Counted from the first letter of the stretch, positions 18,408-28,995 are shown. The stretch is 64,000 nucleotides of DNA from Chloroflexota bacterium (GCA_018648325.1 JABGRK010000009.1:141969-205968); one strand, 5' to 3'. Made by a program: numbers and translations. Notes: generated from the letters alone by a model not told the origin.

Positions 18408-18515
18408 CACTAAACCTAGCATTGACAGAAATAGCTTTCCATTATTAGAATGACACTTGAGTAATAATTCCGGGAATGGTGAGCTATTAGGACTATTCTA
18501 AGACGCAATCTTCTA

Positions 18516-20327
18516 ATGCCTATAATTCTGGCGTTGTTCTTAACATTTACTATGTTTGCAAGTAATTGTTCAACGTCATGCAACAGCATTACAGCTGTTG
18601 AAATCACTTCCAACGCATGGGAACGGTTTAATCCTTTGCCACAAGGTAATGATCTCCGCGCTGTCTGGGGCACTTCATCATCGGATGTGTACGCTGTGGG
18701 TTGGGCAGGTACCATAGTTCATTATGACGGCAACAACTGGGATGTGATGATAAGCGGCACAACAGAAGATCTTACCGGCATCTGGGGCAGTTCATCATCC
18801 GATGTGTACGCAGTAGGTGGAGAAGGAACCATACGGCACTATGATGGCAGCACATGGTCTCCAATGAATAGTGGCACCACAGAACCACTTTCTGATATTT
18901 GGGGCACTTCATCATCCAATATCTACGCAGTGGGTTGGGACGGAACTATTCAGCACTATAACGGTAGCCGGTGGACTCCCGTAAAAATTGCCGGTACATT
19001 GATCGGTAAATATGATTTTAGCTGCACTCCTTATCTCTTAAATCCAATTGATGAGGTTTGGGGCAGCTCAGAATCTGATGTGTTCATTGCGACTTCGCAT
19101 ACCATACTGCATTTTGACGGCAACGCATGGACTGAGATGGATAGCAGTCTTACAGCTGCACTTAATGATGTTTGGGGCAGTTCTTCCACCGATGTCTTTG
19201 CCGCAGGCTATAACGGTATTATCCATTATGACGGCAACGCATGGACTTCAATGGATAGTGGCAATACAGAGACCATTTATGGAATCTGGGGTAGTTCATC
19301 ATCCGATGTCTACGCCATAGGTACAGGTAGCGCTATCCTGCACTATGACGGAATCAGATGGACTGAGGTGTATGGTGATCCCACAGATTACTTGGCTAAT
19401 ATCGCTGATATTTGGGGCAGTTCTTCCGGTGATATCTTTGCCGTAGGAAATCAAGGCACCATTATACATTATGACGGCAACAACTGGGATGTGATGATAA
19501 GTGGTGTTACACTCTACGCAATCTGGGGCAGTTCATCTACCGATGTTTTCGTTACGGGTAGCCATGGCACTATATTGCATTATGATGGCAGCACTTGGGG
19601 TGCGATGGAGAGTGGCACCACAGAACCCCTTTTTGATATTTGGGGCACTTCATCATCCAATGTCTACGCAGTGGGTGGAGACGGAACTATACGGCACTAT
19701 AATGGCAACAAGTGGAATTCAATGTACAGCGGAACAACAAAGTACCTTGCCGGAATCTGGGGCACTTCATCATCCAATGTCTACGCAGTGGGTTGGGACG
19801 AAATTATTCACTATGATGGCAGAACATGGTCTCCGATGCACGATTATACAACAACGGTTAGTTTGGACGCCATATGGGGCAGTTCCTCATCCGATATCTA
19901 CGCAGTGGGTGGGGGACGAAGTCAACATTATAATGGCAGTACCTGGTCCGAGATGGACGATATATACGGGCTTTGGGATATATGGGGCAGTTCATCATCT
20001 GATGTCTTCGCTGTGGGTATATACGGCGGGATTACATACTACGATGGAAACGAGTGGACTACAATGGATATCGTCCAACGTACGGGAGTAGGTAACACTT
20101 GCAATGCAGGTGCAAAGTCGCCAGCTTACGTAAGCGATTTCACTGCGCTCTGGGGCAGTTCATCCACTGATGTTTATGCTGTGGGGGAAAGCGGCATTAT
20201 GCATTACGATGGCATAGAATGGACCACAATAGACAATACGGTGTCGCTTAACGCAATCTGGGGCAGTTCAGCTTCTGATGTCTATGCGATAGCAAACGGT
20301 GGCACTATTCTGCATTTGTCGGAATAG
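18516..20327 (+). CDS. secreted beta-propeller-like repeat protein (~15 x ~38-aa WGSSSSDVYAVG…GTI.HYDG..W repeats; Ycf48/BNR-like)
   Basis: highly regular repeats, also near-identical at DNA level (ggggcagttcatcatccgatgt… recurring). Confidence 0.6.
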   Translation: MPIILALFLTFTMFASNCSTSCNSITAVEITSNAWERFNPLPQGNDLRAVWGTSSSDVYAVGWAGTIVHYDGNNWDVMISGTTEDLTGIWGSSSSDVYAVGGEGTIRHYDGSTWSPMNSGTTEPLSDIWGTSSSNIYAVGWDGTIQHYNGSRWTPVKIAGTLIGKYDFSCTPYLLNPIDEVWGSSESDVFIATSHTILHFDGNAWTEMDSSLTAALNDVWGSSSTDVFAAGYNGIIHYDGNAWTSMDSGNTETIYGIWGSSSSDVYAIGTGSAILHYDGIRWTEVYGDPTDYLANIADIWGSSSGDIFAVGNQGTIIHYDGNNWDVMISGVTLYAIWGSSSTDVFVTGSHGTILHYDGSTWGAMESGTTEPLFDIWGTSSSNVYAVGGDGTIRHYNGNKWNSMYSGTTKYLAGIWGTSSSNVYAVGWDEIIHYDGRTWSPMHDYTTTVSLDAIWGSSSSDIYAVGGGRSQHYNGSTWSEMDDIYGLWDIWGSSSSDVFAVGIYGGITYYDGNEWTTMDIVQRTGVGNTCNAGAKSPAYVSDFTALWGSSSTDVYAVGESGIMHYDGIEWTTIDNTVSLNAIWGSSASDVYAIANGGTILHLSE

Positions 20328-20333
20328 CATTCC

Positions 20334-20365
20334 AAAAAAAAATCGGCCCGTAAAAGGACCGACTT
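20334..20365 (-). terminator. terminator-like hairpin between convergent genes (T9 on minus strand)
   Basis: aaaaaaaaa-TCGGCCCgtaaaagGACCGA; imperfect stem. Confidence 0.4.
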
Positions 20366-20391
20366 TGAATATGTTATATTTTATGTAAAGC

Positions 20392-20997
20392 CTATTTCAT
20401 CTCTTCTTTAAAACCAGCCATCAACTCAGCAAAGGCCTGGGTGTATTTTTCTTCCTGCTGTTTTAGAAACTGCTGGTACTGCGGATTCATCTTTACCGCA
20501 TCATCAACGCCAAGTTGCACCCTGACGTTCTGTCCGCCCTGCTGCACCTGCTGAATGCGCATATTCGGGTCCTGCTCCACCCGCTCTTTGAGCGAATTGA
20601 ACACCTGCTCATTTTCAGCGGCGTACTGCTCCTTGAGGGCCTTTATGGCATCAAAGCCCTGCTCAAAAAGAGGCATGTTGGGTTTGTCCTTCAGGCTTTC
20701 GATGGACAGTACGCCCTGTCTGCGCTTATCCAACTCATCATCGTCACTGCCCAACCTGAGCGTGTCCAGCAGCTTTTCCTGCGCCGCACCAAGTATACTG
20801 GCGCTGCCACTGTCTTTATACTCCTTTAGCTTCTGCCAAAAATCATCCCCCGACAGATCGCCCTTAAAGTACTCGGCAACCAGCACATCAAGCTGCTCCA
20901 TATCCTTCATGCGCTGCTTTTCATCAGACGTAAGCTCACCCGCCTGGGCAAGCCTCTCTCTTATTCTGGGGGAAAGCGAATCTTCCCACTTTGACAT
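20392..20997 (-). CDS. acidic coiled-coil hypothetical protein
   Basis: 201-aa ORF, no recognisable domain. Confidence 0.45.
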   Translation of the reverse strand: MSKWEDSLSPRIRERLAQAGELTSDEKQRMKDMEQLDVLVAEYFKGDLSGDDFWQKLKEYKDSGSASILGAAQEKLLDTLRLGSDDDELDKRRQGVLSIESLKDKPNMPLFEQGFDAIKALKEQYAAENEQVFNSLKERVEQDPNMRIQQVQQGGQNVRVQLGVDDAVKMNPQYQQFLKQQEEKYTQAFAELMAGFKEEMK

Positions 20998-21038
20998 ACT
21001 GCCACCTCCCCTTAAGCGTTATCTATACGGATTAAAGT

Positions 21039-21224
21039 TTACTTTGTGGACTCAGGTGCCTTCTTGAGATAAGTCCAAACATTGCCGTTGGAATCATACA
21101 GTGGTTTTCCACAGCGTCCGCAAACAACTCTGGTGTTGCCATCGGCGATTGTGGAGGTCTGGTGACCCACCAGCCGCATACAATCCGGGCAATAAACTTT
21201 CATGCGATGCTTCATCTTAGTCAA
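21039..21224 (-). CDS. small zinc-ribbon protein
   Basis: CPDC…CGRCG. Confidence 0.4.
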   Translation of the reverse strand: MTKMKHRMKVYCPDCMRLVGHQTSTIADGNTRVVCGRCGKPLYDSNGNVWTYLKKAPESTK

Positions 21225-21312
21225 TAAATTTTCTCCCTTAGCTTAAACGTTTTCATATATTATATAATATTAGACGACAATAGCAACAGTACCCTACCGG
21301 GATAATTGAAAA

Positions 21313-21759
21313 ATGAAACTAATATCAATGTGCCTTCTGGGCAAAATATGTAACTGGCGCGGGGATGACAGATACAAAAGTCTGGCCGCACTACGTCTGG
21401 CCGAGCACGAACAACTGTTGTCCGTGTGCCCGGAACAGCTTGCACAAATGCTGACACCGCGCCCTCAAATGGAAATCGTTGGCGGAACAGGCCAAGACGT
21501 ATTAGATAGCAAAGCGCGCGTGATGACCATCGATGGAGTGGATGTTACGGCAAGCCTTATTGCCGGAGCAAAGGCTGCGCTCAAACAGGCCCGTGATAAT
21601 AAGGCAACCGTTTTCATCGGTAAGGCGCGCAGCCCGTCATGCGGACGGGGCATGATATATGACGGCACGTTTTCAGGAAAAACAACGCCGGGTGATGGCG
21701 TAACGTCCGCCCTGCTAAAAAGGCATGGCATTAGTGTCATTACAAATGACCAGTTATAA
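21313..21759 (+). CDS. DUF523 family protein (TudS-like 2-thiouracil desulfurase family)
   Basis: N-term …ISMCLLGKICNWRGDD…, …SPSCG… motif. Confidence 0.6.
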   Translation: MKLISMCLLGKICNWRGDDRYKSLAALRLAEHEQLLSVCPEQLAQMLTPRPQMEIVGGTGQDVLDSKARVMTIDGVDVTASLIAGAKAALKQARDNKATVFIGKARSPSCGRGMIYDGTFSGKTTPGDGVTSALLKRHGISVITNDQL

Positions 21760-21761
21760 GC

Positions 21762-21965
21762 TTAGCGTTTCAGCTTAAGCGCCTTTAACACCTTTGTCAG
21801 GAGCGAGTCCTTCTCTTCAACAGTGTTTTTGCTTTTGTATTCATCCTCGGTTAAAATCAGGCCGCACTCCTTATTCTGGCATGCGTAGTTACTTTTTGTC
21901 TCATCATGCAAAAACATAGGCTGGCCGCATTCGGGGCAATTTTCATACTGAAAAGGATTATCCAT
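21762..21965 (-). CDS. small zinc-ribbon protein
   Basis: CPECGQ…CQNKECG. Confidence 0.4.
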   Translation of the reverse strand: MDNPFQYENCPECGQPMFLHDETKSNYACQNKECGLILTEDEYKSKNTVEEKDSLLTKVLKALKLKR

Positions 21966-22118
21966 AACGTACTAGTCCTCCAATCATTATGCCATCCGGG
22001 TGATAAATAGTAGCATCATTACAATTACAATACAAGCGTAGTCTGCTAGCGGTATATGACATAGGTCACAGACGATGATAGGGTTTGCGGATGAGTTGAA
22101 AGGTAATTGATCAAACGC

Positions 22119-23069
22119 CTACTCTTGAACAATGCCCTCAACTTTGATAGTGCGTTTGTCATCGGCGGGGCCATATTCTACACTAACAACGCCATCGGCA
22201 CCGGCGTAACGCGCAGTAAGGCGCGCGGCCTGCTCGATTAATTCATCACTCTTGTCGCCGCGCAGTAGCGTTGCCGGACCGGAGATATCATCGGACAGCT
22301 TGAATATCCAGTCGTCACTTAGCTGCAATTCCAACAGCTTGAGGTTTTCATCATGCTTGCGCCCAACTACTATCTCGGAAACGCCTTCATAGAAGTGTCT
22401 GCCTATCTTGGTAAGTGCTATATCGTTATCGGTAATATCAGCTTTTAAGTCCAGCAAACGCTTTAGTTTCAAACCATATTCTTTTTCGGTAAGTAAACAC
22501 CCGCCTGCCGGTGCGCTAAATCCGGTAAGACCCCACTTTTTGGCAAGCTCAAACTGAGCTTTTCGGCCCCTGCCTTTAATGTCCAACAGTTTTTCGCGAT
22601 CAACCCAGCCCTCGCGCTCAGGAATGGTCATTTTAAGGTTCTTTGCCGAAAGCGGGCGCAGTAGCAGCCCCTCAAGTTCGCTATCTTCTTCCACCTTAAT
22701 CAGCGAGCCCTTGTTCTGACTCATAGGACGCTGGCCCAGTACCTCACCGGTTATCACAAAAGAGGCACCTTCCTGCTCAAGCAACTGCCCCGCCCTGCGT
22801 ATCATATATGTGTGGCAATCGATACATGGATTAAAAGCAGCACCGTAGCCGTGCTTGGGGTTACGCAGCATTTCTATGTAATCATCACCGGCCGGCACTT
22901 TCAAAACAGGTACGCCCAGTGACTCGGCTATGGCAGCCGGATGATCCATTTTGGCCGAGCCAAATCGCGTCTGGATATGAACTGCCGTCACATCGATTCC
23001 CTGCTCAAGTATCACCTTTATTGCCAGTGACGAGTCCAGTCCGCCTGATACAAGTGCCAGTGCCTTCAT
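22119..23069 (-). CDS. PP-loop ATP pyrophosphatase, ThiI-like sulfurtransferase domain (no THUMP domain)
   Basis: SGGLDSS PP-loop; …NPCIDCHTYMIRRAG…ITGEVLGQRPMSQ… as in ThiI; start set at MKALALVSGG. Confidence 0.65.
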   Translation of the reverse strand: MKALALVSGGLDSSLAIKVILEQGIDVTAVHIQTRFGSAKMDHPAAIAESLGVPVLKVPAGDDYIEMLRNPKHGYGAAFNPCIDCHTYMIRRAGQLLEQEGASFVITGEVLGQRPMSQNKGSLIKVEEDSELEGLLLRPLSAKNLKMTIPEREGWVDREKLLDIKGRGRKAQFELAKKWGLTGFSAPAGGCLLTEKEYGLKLKRLLDLKADITDNDIALTKIGRHFYEGVSEIVVGRKHDENLKLLELQLSDDWIFKLSDDISGPATLLRGDKSDELIEQAARLTARYAGADGVVSVEYGPADDKRTIKVEGIVQE

Positions 23070-23222
23070 AAATTCACCTCTTAAAAGTATTATTATAATA
23101 ATACAGATAATTAGCGAGCGCAACCTTTAAAAAGCAAAAACGCAACAGTTGCGGCTTGTGAAAAAACCAGCGAAGCTATAAAATGACATTCAACGATATG
23201 AAGTAAGGATAGCATAAAAATA

Positions 23223-24119
23223 GTGAGAACCAGAATAACCAAAAGGCCGAAACTAAGAGAGCCCGATCTTATCGCCTGCTGGCCGGGAATCGGAAACGTC
23301 GGTGTAATTACCGCCGATGTCATACGCAAGCAAACAGGTGGAGAGCAATTGGGCTACATAGAACCATGGGATTTTTTCTATCCCAAAGCGGTGACGATCG
23401 ATCAAGGCGAGCTTACGGCACTCGATTTTCCCTTGAGCCATTTCTATTACTCTGAGACAGAAAAGCGCGATCTACTCTTTTTCATCGCCGGCGAGCAGCC
23501 TTCGGACGGATACAGCTCATATGCACAAGGAGAGCAAGCCTACAAGATGGCAAACATGGTGCTGGATGTGGCCCAGAAGTTTGGTTGCAAGCGCGTTTAC
23601 ACTTCCGGAGCGGCAGTTACCTATATGCATCACAGCGCCAGACCGCGTGTGTGGGCCGTACCCAACTCCAAACACTTGCTTGAGGAAACAGACGACTGGA
23701 ACAACGTTGTAAAGGTATCCGAACTGAAGGAAAAGGAAGAAAATATAAGAATAACCGGCATGAACGGGATAATGCTGGGTGCCGCCCGCAAACGCGGTAT
23801 TGACGGATTCTGCCTGATGGGAGAAGTACCAGTGTACCTGCAGGGTCTGCCGTTTGCTTACCCTAAAGCGTCCAAATCGGTAATAGAGGTTCTGAGTTAT
23901 ATCCTCAATATCAATATCGACTATAAACGTCTGGACAAGCTGGCCGCACGCAACCAGAAGGAAATTTTGCGGCTGTACAAGCACCTGCCCAAGGCCACCA
24001 TAGAGCTTATAGACAGGCTGGCCAAGAACGCCGAGCCAACAGATACCGGCCCCATAACCGAAAAAGACAAACAGCAGATATTGGACGAGATAGACAAATT
24101 CTTTAAACCAAAACCTTAA
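23223..24119 (+). CDS. PAC2 (proteasome assembly chaperone 2-like) family protein
   Basis: …REPDLIACWPGIGNVG… PAC2 N-terminal signature. Confidence 0.6.
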   Translation: MRTRITKRPKLREPDLIACWPGIGNVGVITADVIRKQTGGEQLGYIEPWDFFYPKAVTIDQGELTALDFPLSHFYYSETEKRDLLFFIAGEQPSDGYSSYAQGEQAYKMANMVLDVAQKFGCKRVYTSGAAVTYMHHSARPRVWAVPNSKHLLEETDDWNNVVKVSELKEKEENIRITGMNGIMLGAARKRGIDGFCLMGEVPVYLQGLPFAYPKASKSVIEVLSYILNINIDYKRLDKLAARNQKEILRLYKHLPKATIELIDRLAKNAEPTDTGPITEKDKQQILDEIDKFFKPKP

Positions 24120-24138
24120 AGGATGAAATAAAAGTAAA

Positions 24139-24978
24139 TTGAGTAAGAAAAACCATTTCATATTACATGAAGACTACATGATACCACGCTCCACTCTGAT
24201 CACCTGCTGGAGTGAGGATGCCGGCAGCGTTGGAGAATGTACCAGCCAGTATTTGAAAGACAACCTGAAATCGTACCACATGGGCAACATCGAACCGAAC
24301 GGCTACTATACAATGGACGGAGTAGAAGTTGACCGCGACATTGCCAGGTTCCCCGAAAATACTTTTACCTATTATCCCGACGCCGAGCTGGTTGTTTTCG
24401 AAGGGACGCCGCCGGACCACCAGTGGTTCAGTTTCGTACAAACCATCATGGACGTGGCCCAGAAGCATTGCAATGCCAGCCAAATATACACACTGGGCGG
24501 CATGATATCGATAGCGGCACATACGGCCCCGCGCGAACTGCTAACCGTGGCAAGCTCCCCGGAAATGCTCCATAAGCTAAAGCAGTACGATCCGATAACG
24601 CGTGAGATCGATTACTACCAGACCCCTCCCGGGCACAGGCCCACCATAAACGCCTACCTGGTGTGGGCGGCACAACAGCGTAATATAGAAGCGGCCTGTC
24701 TGTGGCTGCCCGTGCCATTCTACTTAGCACCGGATAAAGATCCGCAAGCCTTACGCAGGATACTCGATTTTCTGACACTGCGGCATAATTTCAACCTGGA
24801 CTTCAGCGATATCGACAACGATATAAATACGCAGATTGATAAGATTGCTGAACTGCGCAGCCTGGACACCGACGCAGATGACGCCATACGCGCCCTTGAA
24901 AATAACGAAACTGTTTCAGGAGAAGACAGCCAGAATCTGATATCCATTATTCAGGCCTTGCTTAAGGATACTTCATGA
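24139..24978 (+). CDS. PAC2 family protein, divergent paralog
   Basis: similar architecture; stop overlaps start of downstream MFS gene (ATGA). Confidence 0.55.
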   Translation: MSKKNHFILHEDYMIPRSTLITCWSEDAGSVGECTSQYLKDNLKSYHMGNIEPNGYYTMDGVEVDRDIARFPENTFTYYPDAELVVFEGTPPDHQWFSFVQTIMDVAQKHCNASQIYTLGGMISIAAHTAPRELLTVASSPEMLHKLKQYDPITREIDYYQTPPGHRPTINAYLVWAAQQRNIEAACLWLPVPFYLAPDKDPQALRRILDFLTLRHNFNLDFSDIDNDINTQIDKIAELRSLDTDADDAIRALENNETVSGEDSQNLISIIQALLKDTS

Positions 24979-26249
24979 AAGAAAAGAAGATATTCTATGG
25001 CTGGTGGGTACTGGCTGCCAGCTTCGTCATTGTCTTCATATACTCAGCCGTGGGATATTACGCCTTCCAGTTTATATGGGAAGAAATCAGGGCCGACTAC
25101 GATTGGTCCATGGGCACACTTACGGCATCCTTTACCATTGTCTATGCCACACTGGCACTATCGTCGCCGATTACCGGCAGAATAATTGGGCACTACGGCC
25201 CCAGAAAAACAATTGCCGGTGGTGCTTTTATAGTGGGTTTAGGCCTATGTATGTTAAGCCAGACCACCAGCCTTTGGTATTTCTGGCTATGTCATATACT
25301 TATAGGCATGGGCATGGCCGCCTCCGGATTCATGCCAACCAGTATTGCCATATCCAACTGGTTCTCCAAGAGGCGCGGGTTTGTCTTGGGACTTACCATG
25401 ACCGGTATCGGTGTTGGCGGATTTATAATAGGCCCTCTGCTGCAAAACGTTCTGCTCCCTAAACTAGGCTGGAGCGATACATACTACATTCTCGCTGCCA
25501 CCATCTGGATAGTTGTCATCCCGTTGGCGCTGCTGGTAATGAGAGACAAGCCACAGGATATGGGGCTTTTTCCTGATGGGGTTGCCACTGCAGAAGAAGT
25601 GATACTACCCAAATCTTCCGCGACGGGCCATGTAAGCTGGACACGCCCCATGGCACTTAAAACAGTCGCATTCTGGATCATCGCCATAGCGTTTTGTCTG
25701 CAAAGCTTCGGCAACACCGGCACAGTGCAGAACCAGACGCGCCACCTTAAAACGGTCTTTGCTGAAGGGTCTTTTGTATGGAAGCAGCTGGGCACCATCG
25801 TGGGAACCGTGGCCATTGGCAGCACCGCGGGCAAGCTCTTCTTTGGATGGCTGGCCGACAAAATAGGCCCCCAGATAACCTCCATGGCGTGCATCGCCTG
25901 TAGTCTGGTGGCCGTAACTCTGCTGATCAATATTACGGAAACTTCCTCAACCTCGATAATATGGGTATATTCCATCTTTATGGGTCTTAGTATGGGGGGA
26001 TGGGCATCCAACACACCTATGCTTATCTCAAACTACTTCGGGCTAAAACATTACGGCGCCATTTATGGCGCAGCGAACCTTTTTATCATGATGGGAACAG
26101 CTTTCGGGCCGCTAATTGCCGGATTTATATACGACGCTGTTGATACATACCGCCCGGTACATATCTACGCTCTTATTTTGTCAACAATAGCTTTAACGGC
26201 AATAGCATTCCTGCGTGCGCCCAAGGAAAAAAAGACCATAAGCACATAA
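24975..26249 (+). CDS. MFS transporter
   Basis: 12 TM, MFS family. Confidence 0.8.
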   Translation: MKEKKIFYGWWVLAASFVIVFIYSAVGYYAFQFIWEEIRADYDWSMGTLTASFTIVYATLALSSPITGRIIGHYGPRKTIAGGAFIVGLGLCMLSQTTSLWYFWLCHILIGMGMAASGFMPTSIAISNWFSKRRGFVLGLTMTGIGVGGFIIGPLLQNVLLPKLGWSDTYYILAATIWIVVIPLALLVMRDKPQDMGLFPDGVATAEEVILPKSSATGHVSWTRPMALKTVAFWIIAIAFCLQSFGNTGTVQNQTRHLKTVFAEGSFVWKQLGTIVGTVAIGSTAGKLFFGWLADKIGPQITSMACIACSLVAVTLLINITETSSTSIIWVYSIFMGLSMGGWASNTPMLISNYFGLKHYGAIYGAANLFIMMGTAFGPLIAGFIYDAVDTYRPVHIYALILSTIALTAIAFLRAPKEKKTIST

Positions 26250-26264
26250 GTTAACTAAAAAATC

Positions 26265-27312
26265 TTACGCCCACTCTTTTTCAAACAAAGCCTTCATTTC
26301 AATCTTATTGGCCTCAGGCATAAATGAGGCCTCAATGCCGTTCATACTTATCTGTTTCAGGTCATCAACGGTAAAACCCAATCGCTTAACCAGTGTCAGA
26401 TATTCATCGTTCATAGATGTATTAAACATGGCAGGATCATCAGAGTTAACAGTAACCATCAGCCCATCATCGAAGTACTGTTTTATGGGATGAGACTTAA
26501 TCGATTCACAAACACCGGTTCTGATGTTACTGATGGGACACATCTCCAGAGGAATACGTTTTTGCTTGAGCAATGCAACCAGTTCGGGATCTTCGTTAGC
26601 CCGCATGCCATGACCGATGCGCTCCACTCCCAGCTTACGTACAGCGCCCCATATCGACTCAACGCCCGCAAACCTCACCGGCATGCGCACTAAGCCTGTA
26701 TCCAAGCTCTTTGGCCCGCCTATATACGCCTGCATACGGTCCAGGCGGATGGTGCTGCTCGCTGCCGCCGATGGTAATTCCGACCAGTCCCTTGTCCAGA
26801 TAAGGCGACAGCTCCTCTATTCGCCGCATACCTATTTCCGGGCCATGGTCCCGTATGAGGTCCACGATAAGCGCGCTTTTTATGCCGAAGTCCGTATACG
26901 CTCTTTGCTTGCCCTCAATAATGCACTCGGTGATCTTCTGTGGAGGAAACCCCTTTCGCTCCGACGGAGCACCGTGTCTCCAGTAATCGCCGGGCGAATA
27001 GGTTAGTTCGGCATACTTAACGTTTTGCCCATGCAGGTCCCGCAGCACATCATAAGTTATCTGCTCAAAATCATGCTCCGATGTAATAAAGGTGTTTTTC
27101 CAGACCCACAGCCTGATGAAATTGTCAAAGTCTGTATAGGTAAACCTGCGTCGCAGGTCATCGACAGTGTTGATTTCCGGCTCCGTGCCCTTTTTCTTGA
27201 TAAGGCTCAGCAGTGTATCCAGAGGGATGGCTCCCTCCATGTGAAGGTGAAGTTCCACCTTGGGCATCTGCCGAATGAGCTGGGCTACCTGAGTACTAGC
27301 CTGCATACGCAC
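26265..27312 (-). pseudogene. add: adenosine deaminase split by +1 frameshift (ORFs 26659..27312 and 26265..26735); likely single-nt indel in a GGG run
   Basis: …VELHLHMEGA…SAHAGEV | …[18 protein letters not shown]…; removing one G restores …[15 protein letters not shown]…. Confidence 0.75.
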
Positions 27313-27384
27313 CTCAATACACTTTCACATGAATATATCGAAGCTATCATTGTATAGCAGGCGTCACACAGGCGTCAACACACT

Positions 27385-27609
27385 TTATAGGCTGACTATA
27401 CCCTGCCCGGCAATCATATCTTTGAGCTTTGCAGACAGGTCAGGCGAATACGAATCCAGCAAGCGCAGTACTTCACCAAGCGTGGTTGCCTGCTGACGCT
27501 TGCACAGATTTTTCATATACTTAACCAGCCCCAGATGCTTTATGCATCCCGATGGATATTTGTTTAGAGCCGCTACTTCAGCCTTGTCTCCAAGCAGCTT
27601 AAACTCCAT
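27385..27609 (-). CDS. hypothetical protein
   Basis: 74-aa ORF only. Confidence 0.25.
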   Translation of the reverse strand: MEFKLLGDKAEVAALNKYPSGCIKHLGLVKYMKNLCKRQQATTLGEVLRLLDSYSPDLSAKLKDMIAGQGIVSL

Positions 27610-27737
27610 GGCACCCCCTTGCTTGCACTATCCTATGCCTTCGATCAAAATCTGTATGCGACATATATCTCATGCCAGTTTGATTAGCAAGCGCCACTCT
27701 TGACAAGCTCATGCGCGGCCACCTACACTTGCATACT

Positions 27738-28775
27738 ATGAAAGCAGCATTACTAGAACAGATCCACAAGCTTACCGTAAAGCAAATCCCCGATCCGCAA
27801 ACGGATGTCGGCGGTATGACAGTGCGAATCAAGGTCTGCGCCGTATGTAACTCAGATCTGCGTATATACCACTACGGCCACAACCGCGTCCAACTGCCAC
27901 AGATAATCGGACACGAAGTTAGCGCTATAATCGAACATATCAATGGTACAGCAGACGGCTTTGCCATCGGCGATAGAGTACAGATAACGCCCAAAATCCC
28001 CTGTGGCAAATGCTACTACTGCAAACGCGGACAACCACTGTCCTGCACACAAGGGCTAAGCTTCGGATATCAGCTACCCGGCGGATTTGCCGAACTGATG
28101 GCAGTGCCCAAAGCAGGTATCGACTTCGGTGTTGTAAGCAAGATAGAAGATGAAACGCTTACCGACAATGAGGTTGCCATGGCCGAACCACTGGCATGTT
28201 GCGTAAGGGCGCAACAGTTGCTGTCGGTAAAGAGTGGTGAAACAGTGGTGGTAATCGGTGGTGGCCCCATCGGTATGTTACACTGTCGCGTGGCCAAAGC
28301 CAGCGGAGCATTCGTTATACTGATCGAACACGATCAGAGACGACTGGCTGACGTCGATCTTTCGGCAGTAGACGTAAATATAGAAGCTCCTGACAGCGAC
28401 CTTCCTCCGCAGGTGATGGAACTCACGCAAGGCGAAGGCGCCGATGTTGCCATCGTAGCCTGCTCATCGACAAGGGCGCAGGTACAAGCGCTGGGGCTGG
28501 TCAACAAGGGTGGCAGGGTAAACTTCTTTGGAGGACTGGGCGTCGGACACCCGGAAATTACCATCGACTCTGACATCATCCACTACCGAGAACTGACTGT
28601 CACCGGTACGCACGGATCACTGCCGCAGGATAACAGAGAAGCGCTGGAGCTAATAACAAATCGAGAGGTCAAGGTAAGCGACCTGATGTCGCACAGCTAT
28701 AGCCTGGATGCTATTGGAGAAGCATTTGCCTTTGCCGAAAGCAAACAGGGCATGCACGTAGCAGTGACCCCTTAA
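27738..28775 (+). CDS. Zn-dependent medium-chain alcohol/threonine dehydrogenase family
   Basis: …CAVCNSDLR…GHE… , Rossmann VVVIGGGPIGM. Confidence 0.8.
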   Translation: MKAALLEQIHKLTVKQIPDPQTDVGGMTVRIKVCAVCNSDLRIYHYGHNRVQLPQIIGHEVSAIIEHINGTADGFAIGDRVQITPKIPCGKCYYCKRGQPLSCTQGLSFGYQLPGGFAELMAVPKAGIDFGVVSKIEDETLTDNEVAMAEPLACCVRAQQLLSVKSGETVVVIGGGPIGMLHCRVAKASGAFVILIEHDQRRLADVDLSAVDVNIEAPDSDLPPQVMELTQGEGADVAIVACSSTRAQVQALGLVNKGGRVNFFGGLGVGHPEITIDSDIIHYRELTVTGTHGSLPQDNREALELITNREVKVSDLMSHSYSLDAIGEAFAFAESKQGMHVAVTP

Positions 28776-28995
28776 ACCTTCTAGCCTACCTCATAACCAA
28801 ACACAAGTCTTGGAACCTATCTGCGCGCTCACATGACCCTGTTGGACCTTATGTCAATCAGCACAACTGTCATAAAATTATAGTTACATTTCGCTATATG
28901 TACCTGTAAGCAAACCAAACCGTAAGACAACTGAATATACAATCGAATATGAAGGATACCGGTTATGACGGATTATCTAAGTGTACGAAGTGCGT

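Noticed and set aside
19048-20091. Alternative-frame ORFs (90 aa, 196 aa) within the beta-propeller gene
   Set aside because: Same strand, shifted frame, His/Met-rich. They are an artefact of the repetitive coding sequence.
18516-20327. Regularly spaced DNA repeats resembling a CRISPR array
   Set aside because: Repeats are in-frame coding units of a single long ORF with protein-level periodicity. There are no short unique spacers and no cas genes.
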